A stretch of 44,329 bases of DNA from positions 1 to 44,329 of the forward strand of contig DASSHL010000441.1 of NCBI GenBank assembly GCA_035692845.1, in the 5' to 3' direction. Below the pieces are notes generated by a model that was given only the letters and a program-made list of their open reading frames with translations, was not told where the DNA came from and made no database searches. Shown here in pieces: positions 1 through 7,566 of this stretch. Position 1 is the stretch's first letter. Each line of letters opens with the position of its first letter. Source of the DNA: Gemmatimonadales bacterium. Its GTDB lineage: Bacteria; Gemmatimonadota; Gemmatimonadetes; Gemmatimonadales; GWC2-71-9. Made by a program: the position numbers and the translations under genes.

Positions 1-49
1 GTGGTCCTTCCCCCGGCGAAATCGCCTGATTGCCGCCCTTTGCGATGCC

Positions 50-280
50 GTGGTGGTGGTCGAAGCCCGGGCCGAGTACGACAAGGTCACGGCCGCCGCC
101 CAGGCCAAGTACTACAAGGTCACGGCCCCCGCCCGGGCCGAGTACGACAAGGTCACGGCCGCCGCCCAGGCCAAGTACTACAAGGTCACGGCCGCCGCCT
201 TGGCCGAGTACAGCAAGGTCACGGCCGCCGCCTGGGCGCGGCTCTATCGCACTCCCTCCAACCGGATCGGTGCCAAGTGA
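50..280 (+). CDS. 11-residue-repeat protein, either a C-terminal segment or a short paralogue
   Basis: This frame is open from nt 2 and the first in-frame GTG is at 50. It translates to EAR + 5 units (AEYDKVTAAAQ / AKYYKVTAPAR ...) and then ARLYRTPSNRIGAK*. The repeat is the same as in the ORF that runs off the 3' end of the window. The gene ends in the GGTGCCAAGTGA junction motif. Confidence 0.5.
   Translation: MVVVEARAEYDKVTAAAQAKYYKVTAPARAEYDKVTAAAQAKYYKVTAAALAEYSKVTAAAWARLYRTPSNRIGAK
71..235. repeat. 33-bp tandem repeat, 5 units
   Basis: Unit gccgagtacgacaaggtcacggccgccgcccag and variants, head to tail, read directly from the sequence. All six frames are open across the array. Confidence 0.9.
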
Positions 281-630
281 GGAAGAACGTCGCGGCAGTG
301 CTCGACGCATGGCGGCAGGGGCGGCCCTGCGGCATGAAGCGCCCGACCGCGTTCGGGTCGGCGGTCAACTCGATCTCGACGGATGGAGATTCCATCTTTT
401 CCTACCGTACCTGCCTCCTCGCTATCACGCACGACGGTAAGCGCGTACTGAATGAGACGCGGTACAGCGTCACGACCTCCCGACAGCAGAGCGCCCTACG
501 CGGCGACATCGCGGACGGCGTTCACTTCCGCATCACAGGGATGCCGTACGGCGCCACCCCCGCCGATCTGCGCCGCGCGGCGGGACGGGAGCGCGCTCGG
601 GACTGGATGGCCGGGAAGGAGCCTCGATGA
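277..630 (+). CDS. hypothetical phage protein (117 aa)
   Basis: The GTG lies in a GTGA overlap with the upstream stop. The 5' part of track ORF 1..630 is only the repeat read out of frame. The remainder (SISTDGDSIFSYRT...RYSVTTSRQQ) looks like a globular protein. Confidence 0.6.
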   Translation: MRKNVAAVLDAWRQGRPCGMKRPTAFGSAVNSISTDGDSIFSYRTCLLAITHDGKRVLNETRYSVTTSRQQSALRGDIADGVHFRITGMPYGATPADLRRAAGRERARDWMAGKEPR

Positions 631-791
631 CCGCCTACCGCCAGTACCGCCGGCTCCGCGCCCTGGCCCGCGCCGACCGTATGGCGGGATTGACAGAGTC
701 CGCCGAATGTCTTACCGTGCTGGCTGACCGTCTCGCCGTTTCCTTTGCCCTGAGAGCCTCATATGGCCAAGAAGCTGAAGCCCCTCGCTGA
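627..791 (+). CDS. hypothetical small protein (54 aa)
   Basis: ATGA overlap with the upstream stop and G/C-rich third positions in the first two thirds. It overlaps the next candidate by 29 nt. Confidence 0.35.
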   Translation: MTAYRQYRRLRALARADRMAGLTESAECLTVLADRLAVSFALRASYGQEAEAPR

Positions 792-924
792 TCGTCCGCT
801 GGCCCCGGTGTCCTGCCCCGGCTGTCACCGCGTGTGGATGCACGCCCCCGTCTCGGCGGAGCGGTGGTGCCTGACGTGCGCCCCCTCCCCGCTCGCCATC
901 CCCTACCCGAAGCGCACGCCGTGA
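763..924 (+). CDS. small CxxC...CxxC zinc-ribbon-like protein (53 aa)
   Basis: Translates to MAKKLKPL...CPGC...CLTC, with high GC3. Confidence 0.4.
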   Translation: MAKKLKPLADRPLAPVSCPGCHRVWMHAPVSAERWCLTCAPSPLAIPYPKRTP

Positions 925-1085
925 TCCGGTACTTCCTCACCGCGCGCCCGCGTGGCGGTCCCTGGCGCCCGGTGGGGCTGTACCATCTCGAGAACCGGGC
1001 GATCCGGGAGGCGTGGCGCCAGCGGAACGCGGGGCACCGCGTCCACCTGCAAGCAATCCCCTTCACGGATCGGAGGATTGGATGA
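921..1085 (+). CDS. hypothetical small protein (54 aa)
   Basis: GTGA overlap upstream and ATGA overlap downstream. Confidence 0.45.
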   Translation: MIRYFLTARPRGGPWRPVGLYHLENRAIREAWRQRNAGHRVHLQAIPFTDRRIG

Positions 1086-1522
1086 CCGACATCACCGTCT
1101 TGGAACGCCGGGTGCAGGAGGCGCTGGAACACATCCGCCTGACGATGCAAGGCAATACGAAGGCGTGTGGGTTCGCCGAGGACGAACCGTGCGAATACTG
1201 CCAGCGCGACCTCGACGCCCTCCTCACCGCGCCCCCGGGGCTGGACCTGAAGGCGGCGGTAGCAGCGAGCTTCGCAACGGAGACCGAGGAGATGTCTCCC
1301 TTCAAGGTGAGCGCCAGGGCCTTCCGCGCGCTCAACGCTCAGCACGTCGCCGTCCTCGCCCACGCGCGGGCCGAGGCGAAGCGGGAGACGGTCGAGGAGA
1401 TCGTGAAGGCGGTGCGGGAATGCGTCGAGGACACCCACGGCGTTCCGTTCAGCGGCCTCGACCTGCCCGTGGTTTCTGCGGTCGCCGACTTCATCGCGGC
1501 CCGCTTCGGGAGGGAGACGTGA
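1082..1522 (+). CDS. hypothetical protein (146 aa) sharing a C-terminal module with the next gene
   Basis: ATGA overlap. The C-terminus AVLAHARAEAKRE...ADFIAARFGRET* recurs in the following gene. Confidence 0.6.
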   Translation: MTDITVLERRVQEALEHIRLTMQGNTKACGFAEDEPCEYCQRDLDALLTAPPGLDLKAAVAASFATETEEMSPFKVSARAFRALNAQHVAVLAHARAEAKRETVEEIVKAVRECVEDTHGVPFSGLDLPVVSAVADFIAARFGRET

Positions 1523-1526
1523 GCGA
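1349..1526. repeat. two dispersed direct repeats; copy 1 of each lies here and copy 2 at 1984-2022 and 2104-2146
   Basis: 1349-1387 equals 1984-2022 (39 nt, identical). 1484-1526 matches 2104-2146 (43 nt, 1 mismatch), and this second pair includes the GTGA gene junction. Confidence 0.85.
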
Positions 1527-2142
1527 CCGATGCGAAAAGTGTGGAGCGACTGGAGCCCACTACTGCGACGGCGGACAACCACCACATCCGGGATGGTGGT
1601 CTGGTAATTCCTCGAAGGCCGCCCCACCCGCGCCCCCGAGTGAGTCTTGCGAGAAGTGCGACGCCGACAGTTTGGCACGGTGTCCTGTTCACGGGCACGG
1701 CCCCAACCACATCTGCGGCCCCGAGTCGTTTTGTGACGGTATTTGCATGGAGAGCGCCCAGCGACTCACCCCACCCGCGCCCCCGGCGGGGCTGGAACAG
1801 GGCTACACGATGGTCACCGCACAAACGCGACGGTGGAGCGCCGCCGAAATAGCCGCGAATGACTGGGAGGAAGGACGCCGACTGTTCGCGGGGCAAACCG
1901 AAACGGATAAAGGACGGTCGCGGGTGAAGTTGGCGGTATGCGAGACCCCAGAACAAGCACATTCCGTAGTTCGCCAGCACCGCGCCGTCCTCGCCCACGC
2001 GCGGGCCGAGGCGAAGCGGGAGGCGTACAGAGAGGCGGAGAAGGCGCTACGAGAAGAAGCTGAATGCGCCGGGGGTATGGTTACAACCGCCTTTACTCTT
2101 GCCGCCGACTTCATCGCGGCCCACTTCGGGAGGGAGACGTGA
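1519..2142 (+). CDS. Cys-rich hypothetical protein (207 aa), paralogous C-terminus
   Basis: GTGA overlap. The N-terminus has CEKCG...YCDGG and CEKCD...CPVHGH...ICG...CDGIC. The C-terminus is AVLAHARAEAKRE...ADFIAAHFGRET*. Confidence 0.6.
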   Translation: MSDRCEKCGATGAHYCDGGQPPHPGWWSGNSSKAAPPAPPSESCEKCDADSLARCPVHGHGPNHICGPESFCDGICMESAQRLTPPAPPAGLEQGYTMVTAQTRRWSAAEIAANDWEEGRRLFAGQTETDKGRSRVKLAVCETPEQAHSVVRQHRAVLAHARAEAKREAYREAEKALREEAECAGGMVTTAFTLAADFIAAHFGRET

Positions 2143-2453
2143 GCGAACCGATTCTCGACTTCGAGGCTGTCGCCTGCGAGGAAGATGCTACGATAGCACG
2201 AACGGGCAACGGCGAACTGGCCGCGCACAACGCGCGTCTTGCCCTCGATGCCCAAGCCCGCGCCTACGCCGAGCGCCGGGTCGCGGAGGCGGTCGCGCCG
2301 TATCGTGACCTGGTGGAGAAGGTACGGGAGTGGCAGCAGGCGTACAACGCCGAGCGCAAGGACGCCCACATCGGATTGTACTCCCTGCTCGAACGGCGGT
2401 GCCTAGCCGAAGATGCCCTCGCCTCCCTTCCCCTGCCGGAGATGACGCCATGA
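2139..2453 (+). CDS. hypothetical protein (104 aa)
   Basis: GTGA overlap upstream and ATGA overlap downstream, with a helical, coiled-coil-like sequence. Confidence 0.55.
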   Translation: MSEPILDFEAVACEEDATIARTGNGELAAHNARLALDAQARAYAERRVAEAVAPYRDLVEKVREWQQAYNAERKDAHIGLYSLLERRCLAEDALASLPLPEMTP

Positions 2454-2734
2454 GCGTCTACGTCGATGACATGAAGGCCGCGTTCGGGCGCATGAAGATG
2501 TGCCATATGGTCGCCGACTCGAACGCCGAGCTGCTGGCGATGGTAGACCGGATTGGCGTAGCACGGAAGTGGATTCAAGCCGAAGGCACCAGCCGCGAGC
2601 ATTTTGACATCGCCCTCTCCAAGCGAGCCGAAGCGGTGAAGGCCGGCGCAGTTGAGATCACGATGCGGCAACTGGCGATGCGGACGCGCAACCGCGAAGG
2701 CCCGAACGCACCACTCACGTTGGAGGCCCCATGA
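2450..2734 (+). CDS. DUF4031-family protein (94 aa)
   Basis: MSVYVDD...CHMVADSNAELLAMVDRIGV..KWIQ....EHFDI..SKRAEAVKAGAVEIT matches the DUF4031 signature as I remember it. Confidence 0.7.
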   Translation: MSVYVDDMKAAFGRMKMCHMVADSNAELLAMVDRIGVARKWIQAEGTSREHFDIALSKRAEAVKAGAVEITMRQLAMRTRNREGPNAPLTLEAP

Positions 2735-2958
2735 CCCCGCCCACCGTGCCGGAGAGGCGCGAGACCATCGCGAACTACTTGGCCTTCGGCCTGCACCGCT
2801 TTCGCCCGTCAATGACTGGTGCCGCATGTCAGGCGGAAGCGGAGCGCATGGTGGACGCCCTCATCGCCGCCGTCCGGGCCGACGCCCGAGAGGCGCTTGA
2901 CACCGCGCCAGGATCTTCCCATACTTCCGAACCTTCAACCCGAGTGGTGCAGTGCTGA
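2731..2958 (+). CDS. hypothetical protein (75 aa)
   Basis: ATGA overlap; the ORF is in the track. Confidence 0.5.
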   Translation: MTPPTVPERRETIANYLAFGLHRFRPSMTGAACQAEAERMVDALIAAVRADAREALDTAPGSSHTSEPSTRVVQC

Positions 2959-3524
2959 CACAATCCGGTATCGAGATCATCCCTGGTGGCGGCAATGCGC
3001 CGGCCCTGCAGGATATCGCCGTTGGCCTGGGCCGGATGCCCCGCTTCGCCGGCCAGACCCGCGGCTGGTGGTCCGTCCTCCACCACAGCTTCGTGGTGGA
3101 GCTCTTCCTCCGTATGTCGATGGGCGGTGGGGGGAGCGGTCCCTTCTACCGGCCGATCCGCCTGGCCGCACTGCTCCACGACGCCCACGAAGCCGTCACG
3201 GGCGATGTGCCGACGACCTGGAAGACCGCCGACCTCAAGGAGCGGCAGAGGGCGCTGGACGTCCGGATCGGCGAACGCTATGGCGTTGACCTCCTCGCCG
3301 CCCATTCGCTTATTTCGCAGGCCGACCGAGCCGCCCTGTTGGCCGAAGGGCAGCTCGTCGGACCTCCCGGCTTTGCCGCGCTCGAGGGGGCGCCCGGCGC
3401 GGGCGGGATCTACGCCGTGGAATACGTGCAGGCCAAGTACCCCGATCCGCTGGACACCATCGACCCGAACGGCCGCGCCGTCCGGGACTTCCTCACCCTC
3501 GTCCGGGAACTGCAAGATGCTTGA
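2952..3524 (+). CDS. HD-domain metal-dependent phosphohydrolase (YfbR-like)
   Basis: SVLHHS ... LLHDAHEAVTGDVP gives the H..HD..D ligand pattern, in 190 aa. Confidence 0.75.
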   Translation: MLTQSGIEIIPGGGNAPALQDIAVGLGRMPRFAGQTRGWWSVLHHSFVVELFLRMSMGGGGSGPFYRPIRLAALLHDAHEAVTGDVPTTWKTADLKERQRALDVRIGERYGVDLLAAHSLISQADRAALLAEGQLVGPPGFAALEGAPGAGGIYAVEYVQAKYPDPLDTIDPNGRAVRDFLTLVRELQDA

Positions 3525-3822
3525 ACTCTGCGTCACTCTGAACAACGAGCAGGTCGAACTGCTGGACAAGCACCTCGTGCTGCACGAGGTCGGGCTGCTG
3601 GACGAGCTCGCCGACGGCGTGAACCGGATGTCGATGCCGGAGGAGGACGAAGTGACGCGGATGGTCGTCATCCTGCACGCCCTCCGCGCCGAGATCCGGA
3701 AGCACCAGGTCTACTGCACGGAGAAGGATCGCGAAGACATTCGCACGACGGGCCGCCGGTTGGCGCTCCTGCGGCGGATGCGGACCCCGAAAAAGGCGCG
3801 CACGGCGCCGGAAGGAGCCTGA
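3517..3822 (+). CDS. hypothetical protein (101 aa)
   Basis: The ATG is 8 nt inside the upstream gene's end. The body is helical with a basic tail. Confidence 0.55.
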   Translation: MLELCVTLNNEQVELLDKHLVLHEVGLLDELADGVNRMSMPEEDEVTRMVVILHALRAEIRKHQVYCTEKDREDIRTTGRRLALLRRMRTPKKARTAPEGA

Positions 3823-3823
3823 G

Positions 3824-4399
3824 ATGGTCGGCAACTGGACGGACTGGAAGGTCACGCGTTGGGACGGATCGGCGTACGTGTGCGAGCGCGTGCGGGCATA
3901 CCGCAGTCGGTTCTTCGGCTTCATCCGCGAGGAGCGGGAGCAGAAGCGGTTCCCAGGTCTGGATGAGACGACTTCGCTGGCTGCGGCGAACGGAGAAACC
4001 CTGATCCCGGCGTCGGAGCACTACACGCGGATCAAGGAAGTGGTCGTGCAGCGCGAGGAGGCGCGCAAGATGGCAGACGTCTCCTACAGGGAAGCGCAAA
4101 AGATCGTGCAGCGCGCCGGGGCGCTCAAGGCGGAGAACGACCTCCTCCGCGCGAACATCGTCGTCCAGGACCAGCGGACGGGGGAACTCAAGGCGGAGAA
4201 CGACCTCCTCCGCGCGAACAATGCCGGTCTGAAGCGGCGGGCGGACGAGTTCGAGCGTGCCTACACCCTCGAGAAGCAGGCGTACGAAGAGCTGCTGGCC
4301 GCCGTCAAGGCCGGCGAGGCTATGAAGCCCAAGAAGACGCCCGCCGAGAAAGCGGCCGGCCGTTCCGGCCGGAGGAATCGTCGTGCCCGCCGCGCGTAG
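3824..4399 (+). CDS. coiled-coil protein with an internal duplicated heptad block and a basic C-terminal tail (191 aa)
   Basis: LKAENDLLRAN occurs twice, and the tail is KKTPAEKAAGRSGRRNRRARRA. Confidence 0.65.
   Translation: MVGNWTDWKVTRWDGSAYVCERVRAYRSRFFGFIREEREQKRFPGLDETTSLAAANGETLIPASEHYTRIKEVVVQREEARKMADVSYREAQKIVQRAGALKAENDLLRANIVVQDQRTGELKAENDLLRANNAGLKRRADEFERAYTLEKQAYEELLAAVKAGEAMKPKKTPAEKAAGRSGRRNRRARRA
4124..4220. repeat. 34-nt perfect direct repeat (4124-4157 and 4187-4220) with a 63-bp period
   Basis: ctcaaggcggagaacgacctcctccgcgcgaaca is present twice, in frame, inside the coiled-coil gene. Confidence 0.9.
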
Positions 4400-4679
4400 G
4401 CCCCGGCTCGTGGTCCCCGGGCTCCTGCCGGAGCGCGTGCAACCGCGCTGGTGGGAGGGGACGCAGGCCGGGTACGACCAGGGCTACCACGCCCTCGATC
4501 CGAACCAGCCGCTCCCCAAGCCGCCGACGACCTTCACGGCGGAGGAGAAGACGGTGTGGTGGATGGGCTACCGCACCGCACATCCGCTGGGCTTCCGGGA
4601 CCGGCAGGAGGGCCTGCCGCTGACGCTCCCCCCGGACCAGCCGGAACACATCTGGCCTGACGACGAGGATGGCGCATGA
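4383..4679 (+). CDS. hypothetical protein (98 aa)
   Basis: GTG start overlapping the upstream 3' end. The protein is Trp/Pro-rich. Confidence 0.5.
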   Translation: MPAARRPRLVVPGLLPERVQPRWWEGTQAGYDQGYHALDPNQPLPKPPTTFTAEEKTVWWMGYRTAHPLGFRDRQEGLPLTLPPDQPEHIWPDDEDGA

Positions 4680-4906
4680 CGGAACAGGAACTTGCGACGA
4701 TCGAGGAGGACGAGCACAATCGGCGCACCTGGGCAGAGGCGGCGCTGAAGGCTGGCACTGGCGATCCATTCGCCCTGCGAACAGCAGTGGCCACGGCGCA
4801 GCGGGTCCTCGCATTGATTGCCGAGATCCGCCGAATGCGGGCGAGGAGTGAAGGTTGTTGCCAATGCACGCACGACCAACCCTGCTACTGCGAGTGTGAC
4901 GAGTGA
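4676..4906 (+). CDS. hypothetical protein with a C-terminal Cys cluster (76 aa)
   Basis: ATGA overlap; the protein ends in CCQCTHDQPCYCECDE. Confidence 0.5.
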   Translation: MTEQELATIEEDEHNRRTWAEAALKAGTGDPFALRTAVATAQRVLALIAEIRRMRARSEGCCQCTHDQPCYCECDE

Positions 4907-5247
4907 AACCATCCAGCGCCAAGGCCAAGGGCCGCCGACTGCAGCAGCAGCTCGCGAAGGACGTCGAGCGGGCGTTCGGCCTGGCGGAGGGCGACGTCCT
5001 CTCCCGCTCGAGCGGTGCCACGGGAACGGATCTGATCCTCTCGCCCGCCGCGACGAAGGTCTTCCCTTACGCCGTCGAGGCGAAGAACCAGGAACGGGTG
5101 AACGTATGGCAGTCGTGGACCCAAGCGAATGCGAACGGTACCGCGCGGCTCACGCCGCTGCTCATCGTCTCTCGCAATGGTATTTCCGTCCCTCTGGCCA
5201 TCCTGGCGTGGGACGACTTTCTGACCTTGAACGGAGGAATCCTATGA
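4903..5247 (+). CDS. PD-(D/E)XK nuclease-like protein, possibly an Hjc-type Holliday-junction resolvase
   Basis: The pattern is KGRRLQQQLAKDV...SGATGTDLIL...YAVEAKNQE, i.e. D...E.K, in 114 aa. Confidence 0.5.
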   Translation: MKPSSAKAKGRRLQQQLAKDVERAFGLAEGDVLSRSSGATGTDLILSPAATKVFPYAVEAKNQERVNVWQSWTQANANGTARLTPLLIVSRNGISVPLAILAWDDFLTLNGGIL

Positions 5248-5504
5248 GCGCAGTCACTGCAGTCGTCCGGCCGCTCCCCCAGCCGGAGCCGCCGAAGGAA
5301 GTGGTCCTGACGATGCCCGTCCGGACGGCAGAGATCCTTGCCGCCATCGCCGGTGGGATAGCCGGCGACCCGGATACGACCTATCGGGGACGTATGGACG
5401 AAGTGTATTGCGCACTCGAGTCCGCGGGGATCCACAGTCGGGGCATCGGACGGTACTTTAGATTCTCCAGCCTCGGAATGGTAGCGAAGGAGCGTGCGGA
5501 ATGA
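5244..5504 (+). CDS. hypothetical protein (86 aa), tandem paralogue A
   Basis: GGAGGA Shine-Dalgarno upstream. It shares LPQPEPPKEV(V/I)LTMP with the next gene. Confidence 0.55.
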   Translation: MSAVTAVVRPLPQPEPPKEVVLTMPVRTAEILAAIAGGIAGDPDTTYRGRMDEVYCALESAGIHSRGIGRYFRFSSLGMVAKERAE

Positions 5505-5734
5505 GCGTCCGTGCGGAAGTGCGGACCCTCCCGCAGCCGGAACCGCCGAAGGAGGTCATCCTGACGATGCCCTACGCGGTCGCGCAGAGCCTGCGCGCCC
5601 TGACGGGCTTTTTCGAGCATCAGTTGGTGGGGCTCGAGGACGTCGTGCCGGTCTATGAGGCCCTGCGCAAGGCAGGCGTCCAGGCGGATCCAGCCAAGAC
5701 GACGGCGGCCCAGAACTTCTCCCGCCTCCGCTAA
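5501..5734 (+). CDS. hypothetical protein (77 aa), tandem paralogue B
   Basis: ATGA overlap, with an N-terminal block shared with 5244..5504. Confidence 0.55.
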   Translation: MSVRAEVRTLPQPEPPKEVILTMPYAVAQSLRALTGFFEHQLVGLEDVVPVYEALRKAGVQADPAKTTAAQNFSRLR

Positions 5735-7074
5735 TGGCCCTCGCCCCGTCCTCCCCCGCCACCGACACGCTCGCCGCCTATCAGGCCCGCGCGGCCGGCA
5801 TCCTCGCCGCATCTGCAAGGCACTACCTAGCCGACGTGCCGGGGCTGGGGAAGACGCGCACGGCGGCTGCCGCAGCGGCCCTGCTACCGGCCGGAACGCC
5901 GTTCCGGGTGCTCTGCCCGGCGTCGGCCAAGGCGCGGTGGGAGGAGGACTGGGCGCTGGTCGGCCCGGCCCAGATGCCGGAGATCACCTCCTACGACAAG
6001 GTCGTCCGCTCGCCGGACAGCGTGTCGCAGGGTGGGGTGCTGATCCTGGACGAGGCGCATCGCCTGAAGGAACGCACCGCGCAGCGGACGAAGGCGGTCT
6101 TCGGCGCGGCCGGCTTGGCGCGCAAGGCGGAGCGCGTCTGGTGCCTCTCGGGGACTCCGATGCCGAACGGCAACCCGGGCGAACTCTTCACCGCCCTGGC
6201 CGTCCTCTGGCCGGAACGTCTCAGGGCGCTTCGGATCGGGTCGTACGACCAGTTCCTGTCGGTCTTCTGCCACTGGGCCTGGTTCGACCGCGAGACGGGG
6301 CTTCCGGCCCGGCCGGAGAACAGCCGATTCGCCTTCCGACTCGAGCGGCGGATCACGGGGATCAAGAATGAGGGCCGCTTCAAGGAACTCCTCGAAGGCG
6401 GCGGTCCCTTCCAGCAGGGGATCATGACCCGACGGACCTGGGAGTCCGAAGAGGTTCTGGCGGAAATGGCCGCAATGCCGCCGATCCTCTGGCGGCATGA
6501 GATGGTCAGCGGTCCGACGATCGCGGGTGGCGACGACTGGGGCGACTTGGTAGAGGCGGGGAGCGCCCCGCCGGAGACGGCGGCGACCAAGTCGCTGCGC
6601 CATGAGGTCGGTCTGGCGCTCGCGGCGCTCGCGGGACGCGCCATTCTCGAGGAACTCGAGTCGGATCCCACGTCGACGCGCGTCATCTTCGCGTATCACA
6701 AGGACGTCCTCGGCATTCTTGAGGGGATGCTTTCTCCCCTGGGCGTCGTCCGCGTCGATGGCTCGAGTACGCCGGCCTGGCGGAAAGAGGCCGTGGCGCG
6801 GTTCCAGGATGGCGCCGTGCGGGTCTTCCTGGGCCAGAACGACGCCTGCAAGGAATCCCTGACCCTGACGAATGCGTCGCAGGTCGAGCTCATTGAGCCC
6901 TCATTCGTCCCCGGCGACAACGTGCAGATGGCGCACCGGATCCGCCGGCACGGACAGACGTCCGAACACCTGATCGCGCGGATCTGGGGCCTCCGTGATT
7001 CGTACTCCGGGCGCATTGCGGCCATCCTGGCGCGCAAGGCCCGTCACCTCGCTCAACTGGAGATGTCCGAATGA
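5734..7074 (+). CDS. SNF2-family (DEAH) helicase
   Basis: Motifs GLGKT, LILDEAHRLK, LSGTPMPN and QMAHRIRRHGQ, in 446 aa. Confidence 0.85.
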   Translation: MALAPSSPATDTLAAYQARAAGILAASARHYLADVPGLGKTRTAAAAAALLPAGTPFRVLCPASAKARWEEDWALVGPAQMPEITSYDKVVRSPDSVSQGGVLILDEAHRLKERTAQRTKAVFGAAGLARKAERVWCLSGTPMPNGNPGELFTALAVLWPERLRALRIGSYDQFLSVFCHWAWFDRETGLPARPENSRFAFRLERRITGIKNEGRFKELLEGGGPFQQGIMTRRTWESEEVLAEMAAMPPILWRHEMVSGPTIAGGDDWGDLVEAGSAPPETAATKSLRHEVGLALAALAGRAILEELESDPTSTRVIFAYHKDVLGILEGMLSPLGVVRVDGSSTPAWRKEAVARFQDGAVRVFLGQNDACKESLTLTNASQVELIEPSFVPGDNVQMAHRIRRHGQTSEHLIARIWGLRDSYSGRIAAILARKARHLAQLEMSE

Positions 7075-7325
7075 AGAAGATCACGTTCTACCCGCAGAAG
7101 GCACGTCGCATCGGCCGAGCGCGGCAGTGGAGTCAGTTTATCATTGAGGATAGTGCCAGCATTCCGGGCGGTCTGTTCTTCGCGGATGGCCTTCCGAACG
7201 ATGATCCCTTCTTCGATATGGATCTCGACCAGGTCGAGGAGCTCCATCGCCGCCTGGGCGCACACCTCGCCGAGCACGGCCGTGGCCCGCAGGATGCGAC
7301 GCCGGTGAAGTGGAGGGACGGATGA
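7071..7325 (+). CDS. hypothetical protein (84 aa)
   Basis: ATGA overlaps on both sides. Confidence 0.5.
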   Translation: MKKITFYPQKARRIGRARQWSQFIIEDSASIPGGLFFADGLPNDDPFFDMDLDQVEELHRRLGAHLAEHGRGPQDATPVKWRDG

Positions 7326-7465
7326 TCGTCCTCCTTATCGCGGCTTGTTTCATCGGCGTCATCGCAATAGTCGAGAGCATCTACGCTCGTCGTAACACCG
7401 AGAAGATGATGGACGCTGCGGAGCAAAAGCGTCTGTCCGATCTCCGCGCCGGGGGCTGGCCGTGA
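7322..7465 (+). CDS. small membrane protein (47 aa)
   Basis: MIVLLIAACFIGVIAIV is a hydrophobic N-terminus, and the start lies in an ATGA overlap. Confidence 0.4.
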   Translation: MIVLLIAACFIGVIAIVESIYARRNTEKMMDAAEQKRLSDLRAGGWP

Positions 7466-7566
7466 ATCTTTTCGGCAAGCGGTACATCCTCCTGACGCGG
7501 CTTGAGCCGGACATCGGCCTCTTTCTGGTCGCGTTGGCGGCCATCCTGCTCTACTCGTGCCGCTGA
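7462..7566 (+). CDS. possible small membrane protein (34 aa)
   Basis: GTGA overlap and a hydrophobic LFLVALAAILLY stretch. The ORF is very short. Confidence 0.25.
   Translation: MNLFGKRYILLTRLEPDIGLFLVALAAILLYSCR

Noticed and set aside
1-630. The track ORF 1..630 read as one 209-aa gene.
   Set aside because: Its first 90 or so codons (GRVRQGHGRRPGQVLQGHG...) are the 33-bp repeat read in the wrong frame. The credible gene starts at GTG 277, in a GTGA overlap with the repeat gene's stop.
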